Sequence record: KT321315.1
Strand: one strand, 5' to 3'
DNA: 64,000 bases
From: Enterobacter phage phiEap-3
The notes below the pieces were generated by a model. That model did not search any database, was not told where the DNA came from, and worked only from the letters and a program-made list of their open reading frames with translations. Shown in pieces: positions 35,350 through 45,276 of the stretch. The first letter of the stretch is position 1, and each line of letters starts with the position of its first letter. A program made the position numbers and the translations under genes.

Positions 35350-37059
35350 ATGATCACCGAATCCAAAATGACTTATCAGGAAGCACTGAAAGTTTTGGGC
35401 GCAACTGGTAGCGAAACCAGCGCTGAAATGTCCAGACTCTTCAAACGTGCATCCTTACGCAATCACCCCGACCGTGGTGGTAGCAATGAATTAATGCAGA
35501 AAATCAACCAGGCTTACGATGTCGTTACAAAAACTGGGCCTAGTGGCGCACGTTCTGAGACTGCTGGTGATGTTCGCGCACGTTATGCCCGTCAAAAGAA
35601 AGAATGGGAAGAAAAAGTTGATGCTTACTTTGTAGTGGCGAAAAACTATTTCAGCACCAAATTTAACGCACAGGAATTTGCGGAATACTTCACCAAATAC
35701 ACTGGATTGCCTACCACTTTCAAACAGGAAGTAACAAAAGGTAGTCACGGTGTTTATGCTTCGTTCCGTTTCACTTCTGGTGATGCTTACTTTGATTTCG
35801 GTTTCAACTGCACCCCTCCTAATGGACAAGGGTTAGCCGCACCGGATTCATCTGCACTGGGTAGCGTTTCTGTTAGTACCTTTGTACTGGTTGGAACTAA
35901 AAAACACAAAATGGCAAGCCGTGATTATCAATGGGGCAAAAACCCAGACAAGATCACTCCGGAAAGCCTGTTCCCGTCTAAAAAACTGGAAAGCATTTTC
36001 AGCCCTGTACAGAAAAATATCAAATACAAACGTGCTGACTACCTGGCGTCATTCCGTAAGCTGTTAGGCGCTGACGTTAGCGGAAACGATATCTTTGTTG
36101 AAGTTGGTACACTGAAAGTTCGTTTCTATCGTCACGTATTCATGCGCAAAGGTGCTTATGTGTTTAGCGCGGTGTATGATCCTGCTGTATCTAAGTATCG
36201 TCCGGCTGCACAACTTCGCGGAACCATGTTCGAAGACGAAGACGGTGCTTGCCTGGATATGATCGTTGATACGTTCAAAGAGTTGCAGAAACTGAAACCG
36301 AGTGTTCAAGGCGTTGTGAACGCTATCGATAAGATGAACGCAGAGTTTGCAGCGGGACATCGTTCAGCATCTTTTGTTAAACGTGTAGCTGCTCAGGAAG
36401 CCGCGCCGAAGCCAGAAGAGAAGCCAAAACGCACTGTTAATCGTATCGGTAAAGAGGAATACTTCGCAGCACTAAAAGATATTGGTGCTCGTGTAATGCC
36501 TACCAGCGGTTATGTTGAATTTGATAACGGCGCTGGTGTTACTATCAACTTCAAGCGTATTGTTGTAAACCGTAAAGCATACTACTCATTCAGTAGCTTT
36601 GATTTCATGTACTCTGGTCAGAAACACATTGAGTGGTTGAAAGGAATCGATATCGCAGAAGATACCAAAGGAGCAAGCATTAGCCTACTCACTGATACTC
36701 TGAAATCTTTACGTGGGATCTCTGACTGGAACACTGTTAAGAGCGCTTTAGATCAAATGAATTCTAACTTCAAAGCGGGTAAATTCTCCGCACCTCATGT
36801 GAAGAAGGAAGCAGAGCAAAAAGCACCGAAACAGAAAGACGAAATCGGCGCACAGCCTACCAAACCACAGGCGGCTAAGAAAGATACACCGGAAGTGGAA
36901 AAATCACAGGCTGTTCATGCAGCACGTGAGAAAGCGAATATGAACAACACTATTCGTAAAATGATGACTATGTTAGTCAAAGCACAGCGTAAAGACACTC
37001 CGGAAGATATCAAGAAGGAAGTTGATGCAGCAATTCAATTGTGGCGCTTGACTTACTAA
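35350..37059 (+). CDS. J-domain (DnaJ-like, HPD motif) protein with internally repeated C-terminal modules
   Basis: N-terminus YQEALKVLG...LRNHPDRGG...KINQAYDVV is a canonical J domain; modules repeat (e.g. LKPSVQGVVNAIDKMNAEFAAGHRSASFVKR versus LRGISDWNTVKSALDQMNSNFKAGKFSAPHVKK). Confidence 0.8.
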   Translation: MITESKMTYQEALKVLGATGSETSAEMSRLFKRASLRNHPDRGGSNELMQKINQAYDVVTKTGPSGARSETAGDVRARYARQKKEWEEKVDAYFVVAKNYFSTKFNAQEFAEYFTKYTGLPTTFKQEVTKGSHGVYASFRFTSGDAYFDFGFNCTPPNGQGLAAPDSSALGSVSVSTFVLVGTKKHKMASRDYQWGKNPDKITPESLFPSKKLESIFSPVQKNIKYKRADYLASFRKLLGADVSGNDIFVEVGTLKVRFYRHVFMRKGAYVFSAVYDPAVSKYRPAAQLRGTMFEDEDGACLDMIVDTFKELQKLKPSVQGVVNAIDKMNAEFAAGHRSASFVKRVAAQEAAPKPEEKPKRTVNRIGKEEYFAALKDIGARVMPTSGYVEFDNGAGVTINFKRIVVNRKAYYSFSSFDFMYSGQKHIEWLKGIDIAEDTKGASISLLTDTLKSLRGISDWNTVKSALDQMNSNFKAGKFSAPHVKKEAEQKAPKQKDEIGAQPTKPQAAKKDTPEVEKSQAVHAAREKANMNNTIRKMMTMLVKAQRKDTPEDIKKEVDAAIQLWRLTY

Positions 37060-37075
37060 TCAAATGAACTATAAT

Positions 37076-37106
37076 GGGAACTGTTAACGCAGTTCCCTTT
37101 TTATTT
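37076..37106 (+). terminator. rho-independent terminator
   Basis: GGGAACTG-TTAACG-CAGTTCCC followed by TTTTTATTTGAGG. Confidence 0.6.
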
Positions 37107-37118
37107 GAGGAAAATATT

Positions 37119-37409
37119 ATGAGTTGTCCAACATGGTTACGTTTGGAAAATCTGAAAGAAGGTACACAAAAACGGATTTATATTAATCTTGGTTGGGTTC
37201 CGCCTACAGATTTTCAAATGGCTGAGATTTTAATCAATGCTGTTAAAGAAGTAAGCGACACTTACGAATGGGAAAGGCTCTATTTTCCTTTGATTGGTTT
37301 GTATATGACGCGAAATAAATTTGAAGAAATGAAACTTGCTGTTATTCGCGCTACGATTATTAATTCCCAACAAAGATTTACTTTGAAAAATGCATGGAGT
37401 TCTGAATGA
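37119..37409 (+). CDS. hypothetical protein
   Basis: start moved to MSCPTW, downstream of a terminator T-run and GAGG Shine-Dalgarno. Confidence 0.45.
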   Translation: MSCPTWLRLENLKEGTQKRIYINLGWVPPTDFQMAEILINAVKEVSDTYEWERLYFPLIGLYMTRNKFEEMKLAVIRATIINSQQRFTLKNAWSSE

Positions 37410-37636
37410 TTATTCAAGTATCTGTACAGGGTGACACTCTGACTGTCACCGAATCCATCAATACCGCTCTTGCTGTATGTCGTGACCATATCTCACAAAA
37501 TCCTCCAGTGACTGAGATCCTGGAAATTGATGTTTGGGATCAGATTGGGATGATCGACGCATCATATGGATTTACCCCGCGAGAGGAAGAACTATCTCGT
37601 ATCGAATCATGGCTGAATGAACAGGAAACGGAATGA
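37406..37636 (+). CDS. hypothetical protein
   Basis: 76 aa ORF. Confidence 0.45.
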   Translation: MIIQVSVQGDTLTVTESINTALAVCRDHISQNPPVTEILEIDVWDQIGMIDASYGFTPREEELSRIESWLNEQETE

Positions 37637-37890
37637 AACTCCCTAAGAACACAACACTACTAACCCGCGAAAAACTTCACTCTGTTGATTGGTGTCCTCT
37701 GGATATCATGATTTTTGATATTGAATCTCGCGTGATCAATGCAAAATATCAGGGGTGTAGTATTTTCTCTGTTGAATTCGAGAAGATTCGCGGATATGAT
37801 GAGAAGTATAAAGAAAAACTGAAAGTTATGATTGAAGCATTAGGCTATATTGTAACTGTTGAAGACAACAAAATGTGGATCGCAATATGA
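37633..37890 (+). CDS. hypothetical protein
   Basis: 85 aa ORF. Confidence 0.45.
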   Translation: MKLPKNTTLLTREKLHSVDWCPLDIMIFDIESRVINAKYQGCSIFSVEFEKIRGYDEKYKEKLKVMIEALGYIVTVEDNKMWIAI

Positions 37891-38465
37891 GCATAGTAAA
37901 AGCGGTGTTTGCACTGGGGCATGATATCTACCACGATGATTTCGCTTTTGGATATCAGCAAGGCTTGCCGTGGGGCCACTGTAAAGAAGATTTACAAAAC
38001 TTCAAAGAAGAAACCGCCGATAGCGTTTTGATCATGGGTGCAAATACGTTTACCTCTCTTCCGGGTAAACTACCTGGTAGGATCCATTGTGTTCTGTCTG
38101 GTTCCGGTAGCTTTTTGAAAACCAAAAAAGGCGACGTTGCTGATTACGTGATCCACGGTGGCGGGTTGTCTGCTGCTATTGGTACAATGCAAGCAACACA
38201 CCCAGATAAAAATGTGTGTGTCATCGGTGGTAAGGGGTTGCTTTTAGATTCAATCAATAATAAAATGGTTGATGAAGTAGTTTTGACACACATTTACGGA
38301 CATCATGTATATAATGCCCCATCATTTAAACGCGATGTTTCGTTTACTGCTTCTGAATTGGGTGATGCATTGTTAAAATATGAATTTACTGATTTCAAAA
38401 CTCAGTACATCAAAGAACATGAACGCATTGAAAAAATCGTAGTCGATCGATATAAAAAGGTATAA
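37887..38465 (+). CDS. frd: dihydrofolate reductase
   Basis: aligns with T4 Frd (GLPWG..K.DLQNFK..T....IMGA.TF.SLP); start chosen at MSIVKAV. Confidence 0.82.
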   Translation: MSIVKAVFALGHDIYHDDFAFGYQQGLPWGHCKEDLQNFKEETADSVLIMGANTFTSLPGKLPGRIHCVLSGSGSFLKTKKGDVADYVIHGGGLSAAIGTMQATHPDKNVCVIGGKGLLLDSINNKMVDEVVLTHIYGHHVYNAPSFKRDVSFTASELGDALLKYEFTDFKTQYIKEHERIEKIVVDRYKKV

Positions 38466-38466
38466 A

Positions 38467-39342
38467 ATGAAACAGTATCTGGATATTATTAAACTTGTAC
38501 TTGATAACGGTGTTGAGTCAACTGATCGCACTGGTGTAGGTACTATTCGTATTTTCGGCGCACAAGCCCGATGGGATCTAAACAGAGGTTTCCCCGCAAC
38601 TACCTGTAAAAAACTATTCTTCAAGCCGTGCAAGCATGAATTGCAATGGTTCCTGTCCGGTTCAACCAACGTTGAAGAACTTCGCCGGATGACCTGGGGT
38701 GAAAATAGTGATAAGCGCACAATCTGGGATGATAACTATGAGAAACAAGCTATTGATTTAGGATACGATTCTGGTTATCTGGGGCCAATCTATGGTCATC
38801 AATGGCGTTCATTTGGTTCTCTTTATGGGGATGATGATAGTTATTATGGCGGTAGTGGTGTTGATCAGATTGCAAAAGTCATCGAACAACTGAAATCAAC
38901 TCCAGACGATCGCGGGATCATCGTTTCTGCCTGGAATCCTGCTGATCTTGATGATATGGCTCTGCGTCCGTGTCACTGTTTCTTCCAGTTCGTTGTAATC
39001 AACGGTAAACTGTCTCTACAGTGGTATCAGCGTTCAGTTGATGTCTTCTTAGGGTTGCCGTTCAATATCGCCTCCTATGCTCTCCTGACGCATATTATCG
39101 CTGATATTTGCGGGTACGAAGTGGGTGATCTGGTTTGGACTGGTGGTGATGTCCATATCTATAAAAATGCGGTTGAACAGGCAAAAGAACTTTTACAGCC
39201 TAACCGTTCACCAATGCCATTACCGATTCTAAAAATGCCGAAGGTAAATAGCTTACTTGATTTAGATCAAGAATTCTTTGACTCGATAACCTTAGAAGGG
39301 TATCATAATCACGGCTCTCTAAAAGCTGAAATGGCAGTATGA
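38467..39342 (+). CDS. td: thymidylate synthase (ThyA-type), intronless
   Basis: 291 aa; MKQYLD...DRTGTGT...HELLWFL ThyA signature; continuous ORF, no group I intron. Confidence 0.92.
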   Translation: MKQYLDIIKLVLDNGVESTDRTGVGTIRIFGAQARWDLNRGFPATTCKKLFFKPCKHELQWFLSGSTNVEELRRMTWGENSDKRTIWDDNYEKQAIDLGYDSGYLGPIYGHQWRSFGSLYGDDDSYYGGSGVDQIAKVIEQLKSTPDDRGIIVSAWNPADLDDMALRPCHCFFQFVVINGKLSLQWYQRSVDVFLGLPFNIASYALLTHIIADICGYEVGDLVWTGGDVHIYKNAVEQAKELLQPNRSPMPLPILKMPKVNSLLDLDQEFFDSITLEGYHNHGSLKAEMAV

Positions 39343-39347
39343 AAAAT

Positions 39348-39367
39348 GGGGCTTCGGCCCCTTTCTT
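39348..39367 (+). terminator. rho-independent terminator after td
   Basis: GGGGCTTCGGCCCC followed by TTTCTT. Confidence 0.6.
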
Positions 39368-39381
39368 AACAAGGTAAGAGA

Positions 39382-41634
39382 ATGAATGACATTAAAGTAG
39401 TAGTAAAATCCTCTGGTGTACGCCAGCCGTTTGACAAAGAAAAAATATACAAAGTGCTCAAGTGGGCCTGTGATGGTCATAATATCGATGTTCGTGCATT
39501 CCTTGAAAATGTATTAGAACTGATCCGCGATGGTATGACTACCAAACAAATTCAACGTATCGCTATCAAGTATGCAGCAGATCATATTTCTGTTAAAGAA
39601 CCGGATTGGCAATACGTAGCATCAAATCTTGAAATGTTTGCATTGCGTAAAGACGTTTACGGTCAGTTCGATCCTATCCCGTTCTACGATCACATCGTTA
39701 AAATGGTTGAAGCGGGGAAATACGATAAAGAGATCCTTGAAAAATACAGCAAGCAAGATATTCAAGTTTTCGAACGTGCAATTGATCATGATAAAGATTT
39801 TGAATTTTCGTATGCTGGTTCCCAACAGTTAATCGGGAAATATCTGGTTCAGGATCGCGATACTGGCGAAATCTTTGAAACCCCTCAGTATGCGTTTATG
39901 CTTATTGCAATGTGTCTGCATCAGGAAGAAACTGGATTAGCACAGGTTACGCATATTGTTGATTTTTATAACGCAATTTCCGATCGCAAACTGTCTCTAC
40001 CAACTCCAATTATGGCGGGTGTACGTACTCCTACGCGCCAGTTCTCCAGTTGTGTAGTAATTGAATCGGGTGATTCTCTTGGTTCTCTTAACGCTGTAAC
40101 CTCTGCGATCGTGAAGTATATTTCACAACGTGCTGGTATTGGGGTTAACGCGGGACATATTCGCGCAATGGGTTCTAAAATCCGTGGTGGTGAAGCTGTT
40201 CATACTGGTGTGATTCCTTTCTGGAAACATATCCAAACCGCTGTTAAATCCTGTTCACAGGGTGGCGTTCGTGGTGGTGCTGCAACACTGTATTATCCTT
40301 TCTGGCATCTGGAAGTTGAAAACCTTCTGGTGTTGAAGAACAACAAAGGCGTAGAAGAAAACCGCGTTCGTCATCTTGATTACGGTGTACAGCTTAACCA
40401 GTTGATGTATAAACGCTTAATGAATCGTGATTACATTACGCTGTTTAGTCCGGATGTTGCTAACGATCGTCTGTATGATCTGTTCTATGAAGCCGATCAG
40501 ACTGCATTTGAAGAACTGTATGAAAGCCTGGAAAAAGACCCAACTGTTCGTAAGAAACGTATCAAAGCGGTTGACCTGTTCCAACTTTTAGCACAGGAAC
40601 GCGCACAGACAGGACGCAAATACATTTTCAACACTCATCACGTCAACCAACAGGGTAGTTTTACGGTTCCTGTCCGTATGTCTAACCTCTGCTGTGAGAT
40701 TGCGATCCCAACGTCGCCGCTGGATGACGATGATAAAATGGCTGGTGAAATTGGATTGTGTACGCTAATGGCTATCGTTCTGGATAACGCTGATATCAGT
40801 GAATTCCCGAAACTCACGCGTATTGCGGTACGTGCGCTTGATAACCTGCTGGATTACCAGAACTACCCTGTAAAAGCCGCTCTGAAAGCTAAACAGCGTC
40901 GTTCTCTGGGTGTTGGTATCACCAACTATGCATCATGGTTAGCAAGCAACTATTGCGACTACTCAGAAGCGTATACAGACAAAGTTCATGAATTAATGGA
41001 AGCGTTTCAGTTTAACCTTCTCGTTGCTTCTATGGAACTGGCGAAAGAACGTGGTGCGTGTGGATTGTACAACGATACCAAATACGCTCGCGGGTTACTG
41101 CCTATCGATTGGTATTGCAAAACTGTTGATGAACTGGTAGCACCTGTTTATAATTGCGATTGGGAATGGTTACGTAGTCAGATTAAGAAATACGGCTTGC
41201 GCAACTCTACTCTTTCTGCTTTAATGCCTTGTGAAAGTAGTTCACAGGTTAGTAACTCTACCAACGGGATCGAACCTCCGCGCGGTTTAGTGAGTATCAA
41301 ATCTTCGAAAGAAGGACACTATAACCAGGTTGTGCCTAACCAGAATAACCAGATTGATTTCTATGATCTGCTCTGGGATATGGCTAAACGCGGTAACAAA
41401 GGGTATCTGTCTCATGTAGCAGTTATGCAGAAGTTTGTCGATCAGTCTATTTCTGCAAACACCAACTATGACCCGGCAAACTATGAAGACGGGAAAGTTA
41501 AAACAGAAGACATCATTGATGATCTGCTGTATGCTAACTACTACGGTGTTAAAACTCTGTACTATCATAATACGCGTGATGGTGCTGGTGATGAAGAAGA
41601 AGCCGCAGAAGATTGCGCGGGTTGTAAGATTTGA
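39382..41634 (+). CDS. nrdA: ribonucleotide reductase class Ia alpha subunit
   Basis: 750 aa; catalytic NLCCEI and C-terminal CxxC tail. Confidence 0.92.
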   Translation: MNDIKVVVKSSGVRQPFDKEKIYKVLKWACDGHNIDVRAFLENVLELIRDGMTTKQIQRIAIKYAADHISVKEPDWQYVASNLEMFALRKDVYGQFDPIPFYDHIVKMVEAGKYDKEILEKYSKQDIQVFERAIDHDKDFEFSYAGSQQLIGKYLVQDRDTGEIFETPQYAFMLIAMCLHQEETGLAQVTHIVDFYNAISDRKLSLPTPIMAGVRTPTRQFSSCVVIESGDSLGSLNAVTSAIVKYISQRAGIGVNAGHIRAMGSKIRGGEAVHTGVIPFWKHIQTAVKSCSQGGVRGGAATLYYPFWHLEVENLLVLKNNKGVEENRVRHLDYGVQLNQLMYKRLMNRDYITLFSPDVANDRLYDLFYEADQTAFEELYESLEKDPTVRKKRIKAVDLFQLLAQERAQTGRKYIFNTHHVNQQGSFTVPVRMSNLCCEIAIPTSPLDDDDKMAGEIGLCTLMAIVLDNADISEFPKLTRIAVRALDNLLDYQNYPVKAALKAKQRRSLGVGITNYASWLASNYCDYSEAYTDKVHELMEAFQFNLLVASMELAKERGACGLYNDTKYARGLLPIDWYCKTVDELVAPVYNCDWEWLRSQIKKYGLRNSTLSALMPCESSSQVSNSTNGIEPPRGLVSIKSSKEGHYNQVVPNQNNQIDFYDLLWDMAKRGNKGYLSHVAVMQKFVDQSISANTNYDPANYEDGKVKTEDIIDDLLYANYYGVKTLYYHNTRDGAGDEEEAAEDCAGCKI

Positions 41635-41639
41635 TTAAT

Positions 41640-41658
41640 GCCCCTTCGGGGGCTTTTT
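41640..41658 (+). terminator. rho-independent terminator after nrdA
   Basis: GCCCCTTCGGGGGC followed by TTTTT. Confidence 0.65.
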
Positions 41659-41670
41659 AAAGGTAAAGAC

Positions 41671-42846
41671 ATGTTAACAGTAATGAATACAAACCCAGAT
41701 CATAACCACTTAGATCAACCTATGTTTTTTGGTGAAGATACTGGTGTTGCACGTTATGAATCGCAGAAACACAAAGTTTTCGAAAGCCTGACGCAAAAAC
41801 AGCTTTCTTTCTTCTGGCGTCCGGAAGAAGTCGATCTGTCTACTGACCGTATGCAGTATGCAAAACTTCCTGAACATGAAAAAATCATTTTCGATTCTAA
41901 CCTACAGTATCAAACCCTGTTAGATACCATTCAGGGACGTGGGCCTAACCTCGCATTTTTGCCAATTGCATCCGATGTGAGTATGGAAACCTGGATCGAA
42001 ACGTGGGCGTTTAGTGAAACCATCCACAGCCGTAGTTACACGCATATTCAACGTAACTTGCACATTGATCCTTCTGTACAGTTCGACCAAATCCTTCGCA
42101 ATGAAGCGATTATGAAACGTTCCGCATCAATGACACGGTATTATGATACTCTGATTGATGAATGTCATAAGCTGAAAACCATCATGATGCTACAGGAACA
42201 GGTTAGCGGCTATAAACCAAATGATCCGGCTGTCGTGTATTATAACGAGCAATACACTAAACAGGCCACTAAGTGCAAAGAAGCGCTGTACCTTTGTATG
42301 CACGCTGTGAACGCTCTGGAAGCGATCCGTTTCTATGTGTCGTTTAGTTTCACCTTTAACTTTGCTGAACAAGGCAAGATGGAAGGCAACGCGAAAATTA
42401 TGCGCCTGATTGCGCGTGATGAAGCATTGCATCAGAAAGGTACTCAGAGTAAAATCCGTTTGTGGCAAATGGGTAAAGATGACCCAGAAATGGTTGAAAT
42501 CTCCCGTAGGCTGAAAAAAGAAGCAACGGCGATTTTCCTGGAAGTATATGAACAGGAAAAAGAATGGGCTGAACATTTATTCTCTGTTGGTGATGTAGAA
42601 GGTGTATCGTTGAAAAGCACTATCGCTTATATTGAACACCTTACAGATCAGCGTATGCGAGCGGTAGGGCTTGATTCACCATTCACCCCGATCCCTAACC
42701 CGTATCCGTGGATGAATAAATGGCTCAAAAGTGATAACGTACAGGTTGCCCCGCAAGAGGTTGAAGTAAGTTCTTACCTCGTCGGAAACCTGAATACTGA
42801 AATCAGCGATGAAGCGTATGCAAAATGGGCCAGCAAATACGCGTGA
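41671..42846 (+). CDS. nrdB: ribonucleotide reductase class Ia beta subunit, intronless
   Basis: di-iron and tyrosyl-radical motifs; ORF-track start 41638 lies inside a terminator hairpin, so start moved to MLTVMN. Confidence 0.9.
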   Translation: MLTVMNTNPDHNHLDQPMFFGEDTGVARYESQKHKVFESLTQKQLSFFWRPEEVDLSTDRMQYAKLPEHEKIIFDSNLQYQTLLDTIQGRGPNLAFLPIASDVSMETWIETWAFSETIHSRSYTHIQRNLHIDPSVQFDQILRNEAIMKRSASMTRYYDTLIDECHKLKTIMMLQEQVSGYKPNDPAVVYYNEQYTKQATKCKEALYLCMHAVNALEAIRFYVSFSFTFNFAEQGKMEGNAKIMRLIARDEALHQKGTQSKIRLWQMGKDDPEMVEISRRLKKEATAIFLEVYEQEKEWAEHLFSVGDVEGVSLKSTIAYIEHLTDQRMRAVGLDSPFTPIPNPYPWMNKWLKSDNVQVAPQEVEVSSYLVGNLNTEISDEAYAKWASKYA

Positions 42847-43138
42847 TTGTCGGGTAGTAAACAAGTACAAAACTGATTGGGATGTCGATATTCAAAGAGG
42901 TACGAAGTTCGGCAACCCTTATCACACAGGAACCAGGGGAGAAAACATTTTAGCGTTTATCCCCTGGTTCCAGAATCAGGTTCGTACTGGGGCGATCACG
43001 ATTGAAGAATTGAAAGAACTTGATGGAAAGAGGCTTGGTTGTACCTGTGCGCCTCTTCCCTGTCACGGTGATTACATCGCGCATGTGGTTAATGTTTTGT
43101 GTGGTAAGAAAAGATCACTTGACTTTTTGGATATATAA
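42809..43138 (+). CDS. Cys/His-motif small protein
   Basis: GCTCAPLPCHGD motif; ORF overlaps the nrdB 3' end by about 30-38 nt. Confidence 0.45.
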   Translation: MKRMQNGPANTRDCRVVNKYKTDWDVDIQRGTKFGNPYHTGTRGENILAFIPWFQNQVRTGAITIEELKELDGKRLGCTCAPLPCHGDYIAHVVNVLCGKKRSLDFLDI

Positions 43139-43141
43139 TGT

Positions 43142-43507
43142 ATGAAATCTGAATTCAACTTAACCCTTGATAAATGTGGTCGCATCGATCGAAGTTTTGT
43201 TAAGTGTGGCGAACTTAGGCATTGTGTTTATTTTATTGCAATTAACGATGAAATAGTATATGTTGGTAAGTGTAGAGATATGTGGAAGCGTTTAGACACA
43301 TATCGCAATGCAAAGTATTGGAGAGAAGCTAACCCCAGCAACATCTTAAAAACGTGTCGATTGGAAATGGCTATCAAAAAACGAAAAACTGTGAAACTTA
43401 TCGTGACTACTCACGATGAAAATACATATCATGATTATGAAATCAACATGATACGAAAATACAACCCTGAATGGAATAAACAGCACTATGACAAAGGCAC
43501 AAACTAA
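43142..43507 (+). CDS. denA: endonuclease II, GIY-YIG family
   Basis: VYFIAINDEIVYVGKCRDMWKRLDTYR and NPEWNKQH align with T4 EndoII; sits downstream of nrdB as in T4. Confidence 0.8.
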   Translation: MKSEFNLTLDKCGRIDRSFVKCGELRHCVYFIAINDEIVYVGKCRDMWKRLDTYRNAKYWREANPSNILKTCRLEMAIKKRKTVKLIVTTHDENTYHDYEINMIRKYNPEWNKQHYDKGTN

Positions 43508-44645
43508 AATTATCAATACCCTTTACAAACAACTCATGCAGTTGTGCGGTGAATCCGAAACATTTTTCTTCGTTGATCAAGTAACCGTGATGGGTACACC
43601 TGTTCGAATCTTTAACTATCGCATGGCCTCATATACAGACTGGCTAAAGCCTGGTGCTCTGGAATGTCGCGGTATCATGTTTGAAATGAATGGAGATACC
43701 CCCGTATCAATCATCAGCCGCCCTATGGAGAAGTTTTTTAACTATGCCGAGGTAAAGGCATGGGAAGCGCTTAACGAGTCTCCTATTGAATTAGGCGACG
43801 TTTTAGACGTGATGATTAAAGAAGATGGTTCCTTGATATCAACTTTCCTTGATGGTGGATTTCTGTCTGTTAAGTCTAAAGGTTCGGTTAAATCAGAACA
43901 AGCTATGGATGCACAAAGTGTGTTAATGGCAAACCGTGAATTGCTGACCCGCTTAACTGAGATCGCAAAAGAAAACTATACGGTGAACATGGAATACGTT
44001 TCCCCGAAAAACCGTATTGTCGTTGGTTATGATTCTCCTGATCTGCGTATCCTGAACGTCCGTCACAACATCACGGGTGAATACATCCCTTATGATGAAC
44101 TCTTTGCTGACGCGCTGTTACGTGCGTATCTGGTTAAGCGTGAGAATATCGAAGTACTGGATCTGGATGCATTCGCAAAAGAAGCATATCAGAATGAAGG
44201 ATTCGAAGGCTATGTTGTTCTGACAACGAAAGGTTTTGTAAAAATCAAAACAAACTGGTATGTCAATCTGCATCGCACAAAAGATAGCATTACCAACAAT
44301 AAGGATCTTTTCCTAAATATTGTTGAGAATACGGTCGATGACCTGAAACAGCTATTCAGTTCGGATCTGGTCTCTCTGAAAAAGATTGACGATTTCGAAA
44401 AACTTTTCCTTGATAGTCTCAATCGTTTAAGTGCAAAAGCATTCAAAGCCATTGAAGATAACAAAGGGAAATCGCGTAAAGATTTTGCTATCAGTCTTAG
44501 CGCGGATTTGTCAAACGACGGTCGGATCATCTTCGGGCCTCTTATGAAGTATTTCGAAGAAACCGATCCGCAAAAACTGGTTGATCGCATCATTGAAATG
44601 ATGGTTAAAAATTACGATCAGTTCATTCCTGAACAATATAAATGA
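43488..44645 (+). CDS. rnlA: RNA ligase 1
   Basis: 385 aa; long alignment to T4 Rnl1/gp63 (YRIF.Y..ASY.DWL.P.ALECRGIMFEM.G..PV.I.SRPMEKFFN). Confidence 0.9.
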   Translation: MTKAQTKIINTLYKQLMQLCGESETFFFVDQVTVMGTPVRIFNYRMASYTDWLKPGALECRGIMFEMNGDTPVSIISRPMEKFFNYAEVKAWEALNESPIELGDVLDVMIKEDGSLISTFLDGGFLSVKSKGSVKSEQAMDAQSVLMANRELLTRLTEIAKENYTVNMEYVSPKNRIVVGYDSPDLRILNVRHNITGEYIPYDELFADALLRAYLVKRENIEVLDLDAFAKEAYQNEGFEGYVVLTTKGFVKIKTNWYVNLHRTKDSITNNKDLFLNIVENTVDDLKQLFSSDLVSLKKIDDFEKLFLDSLNRLSAKAFKAIEDNKGKSRKDFAISLSADLSNDGRIIFGPLMKYFEETDPQKLVDRIIEMMVKNYDQFIPEQYK

Positions 44646-44965
44646 GGTTCATAATGCCTAAGATATCATCTTGGGTATGGCCTGTAATCGTGGGGCTATC
44701 TTTGATAGCCCTTTTTTACATTGCAGTCGATACCAAAATTGAAAACGCATCGTTACGCAAGGATATCAAATCTTTGCAAGATGATGTGAAGAAAGTAAAA
44801 GAGACAAATACAAGCAATACTGTTATCTACGTGGAACAAAAATCCAAAGATCAGCAGTTAGTCAAGGATGCGGGGCGCAAACATCTTTTGTTTGAGAAAC
44901 CTGGATTGATTGAAATCAAAATCAACAAATCCTTCGACGAATACATGCAGGAATTTGAAAAATGA
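44642..44965 (+). CDS. i-spanin-like protein (N-terminal TM, periplasmic coiled coil)
   Basis: 107 aa; TM VWPVIVGLSLIALFYIAV then a coiled coil; paired with the downstream lipoprotein; T4 spanins (pseT.3/pseT.2) also flank pseT. Confidence 0.55.
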   Translation: MRFIMPKISSWVWPVIVGLSLIALFYIAVDTKIENASLRKDIKSLQDDVKKVKETNTSNTVIYVEQKSKDQQLVKDAGRKHLLFEKPGLIEIKINKSFDEYMQEFEK

Positions 44966-45276
44966 AATTAGCAATGATAGCATTACTTGGTGTTTTTCTC
45001 GTTGGTTGTGCTGAACAGCCACCTGTTAAGGTGCTTCCTACGCTACCAGCAAAGGTTAACCCAGTGAAGGTAAAATGGAAAGTAATTGCAGACGTTAGAG
45101 AGATCGACGGGAAACAATACCTTGTAATGCCATATGACGGTAATCCTTATGTTGCATTGACATATCCAGATTCATTGATTTTACGTAGCTGGATGAATGA
45201 CGTTAAACGACAAAAGGATCAAACCGATAATGTTCTGTGTACGTTGGGATACCCTGAGAAATGCAAATCAAAATAA
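44962..45276 (+). CDS. o-spanin-like outer-membrane lipoprotein
   Basis: lipobox LVGC with signal peptide; proline-rich mature N-terminus. Confidence 0.55.
   Translation: MKLAMIALLGVFLVGCAEQPPVKVLPTLPAKVNPVKVKWKVIADVREIDGKQYLVMPYDGNPYVALTYPDSLILRSWMNDVKRQKDQTDNVLCTLGYPEKCKSK

Noticed and set aside
38467-39342. Possibility that the thymidylate-synthase-fold gene is gene 42 (dCMP hydroxymethylase)
   Set aside because: The sequence carries the ThyA signature (MKQYL…DRTGTGT…HELLWFL) and sits in the frd-td-nrdA-nrdB context; it is td, not gene 42.
42190-42576. 128-aa minus-strand ORF
   Set aside because: Antisense inside nrdB.
43142-43507. GIY-YIG ORF as a homing endonuclease (Seg/Tev-like)
   Set aside because: It is only 121 aa, lacks a DNA-binding extension, and aligns with T4 EndoII (denA) in the conserved position after nrdB.
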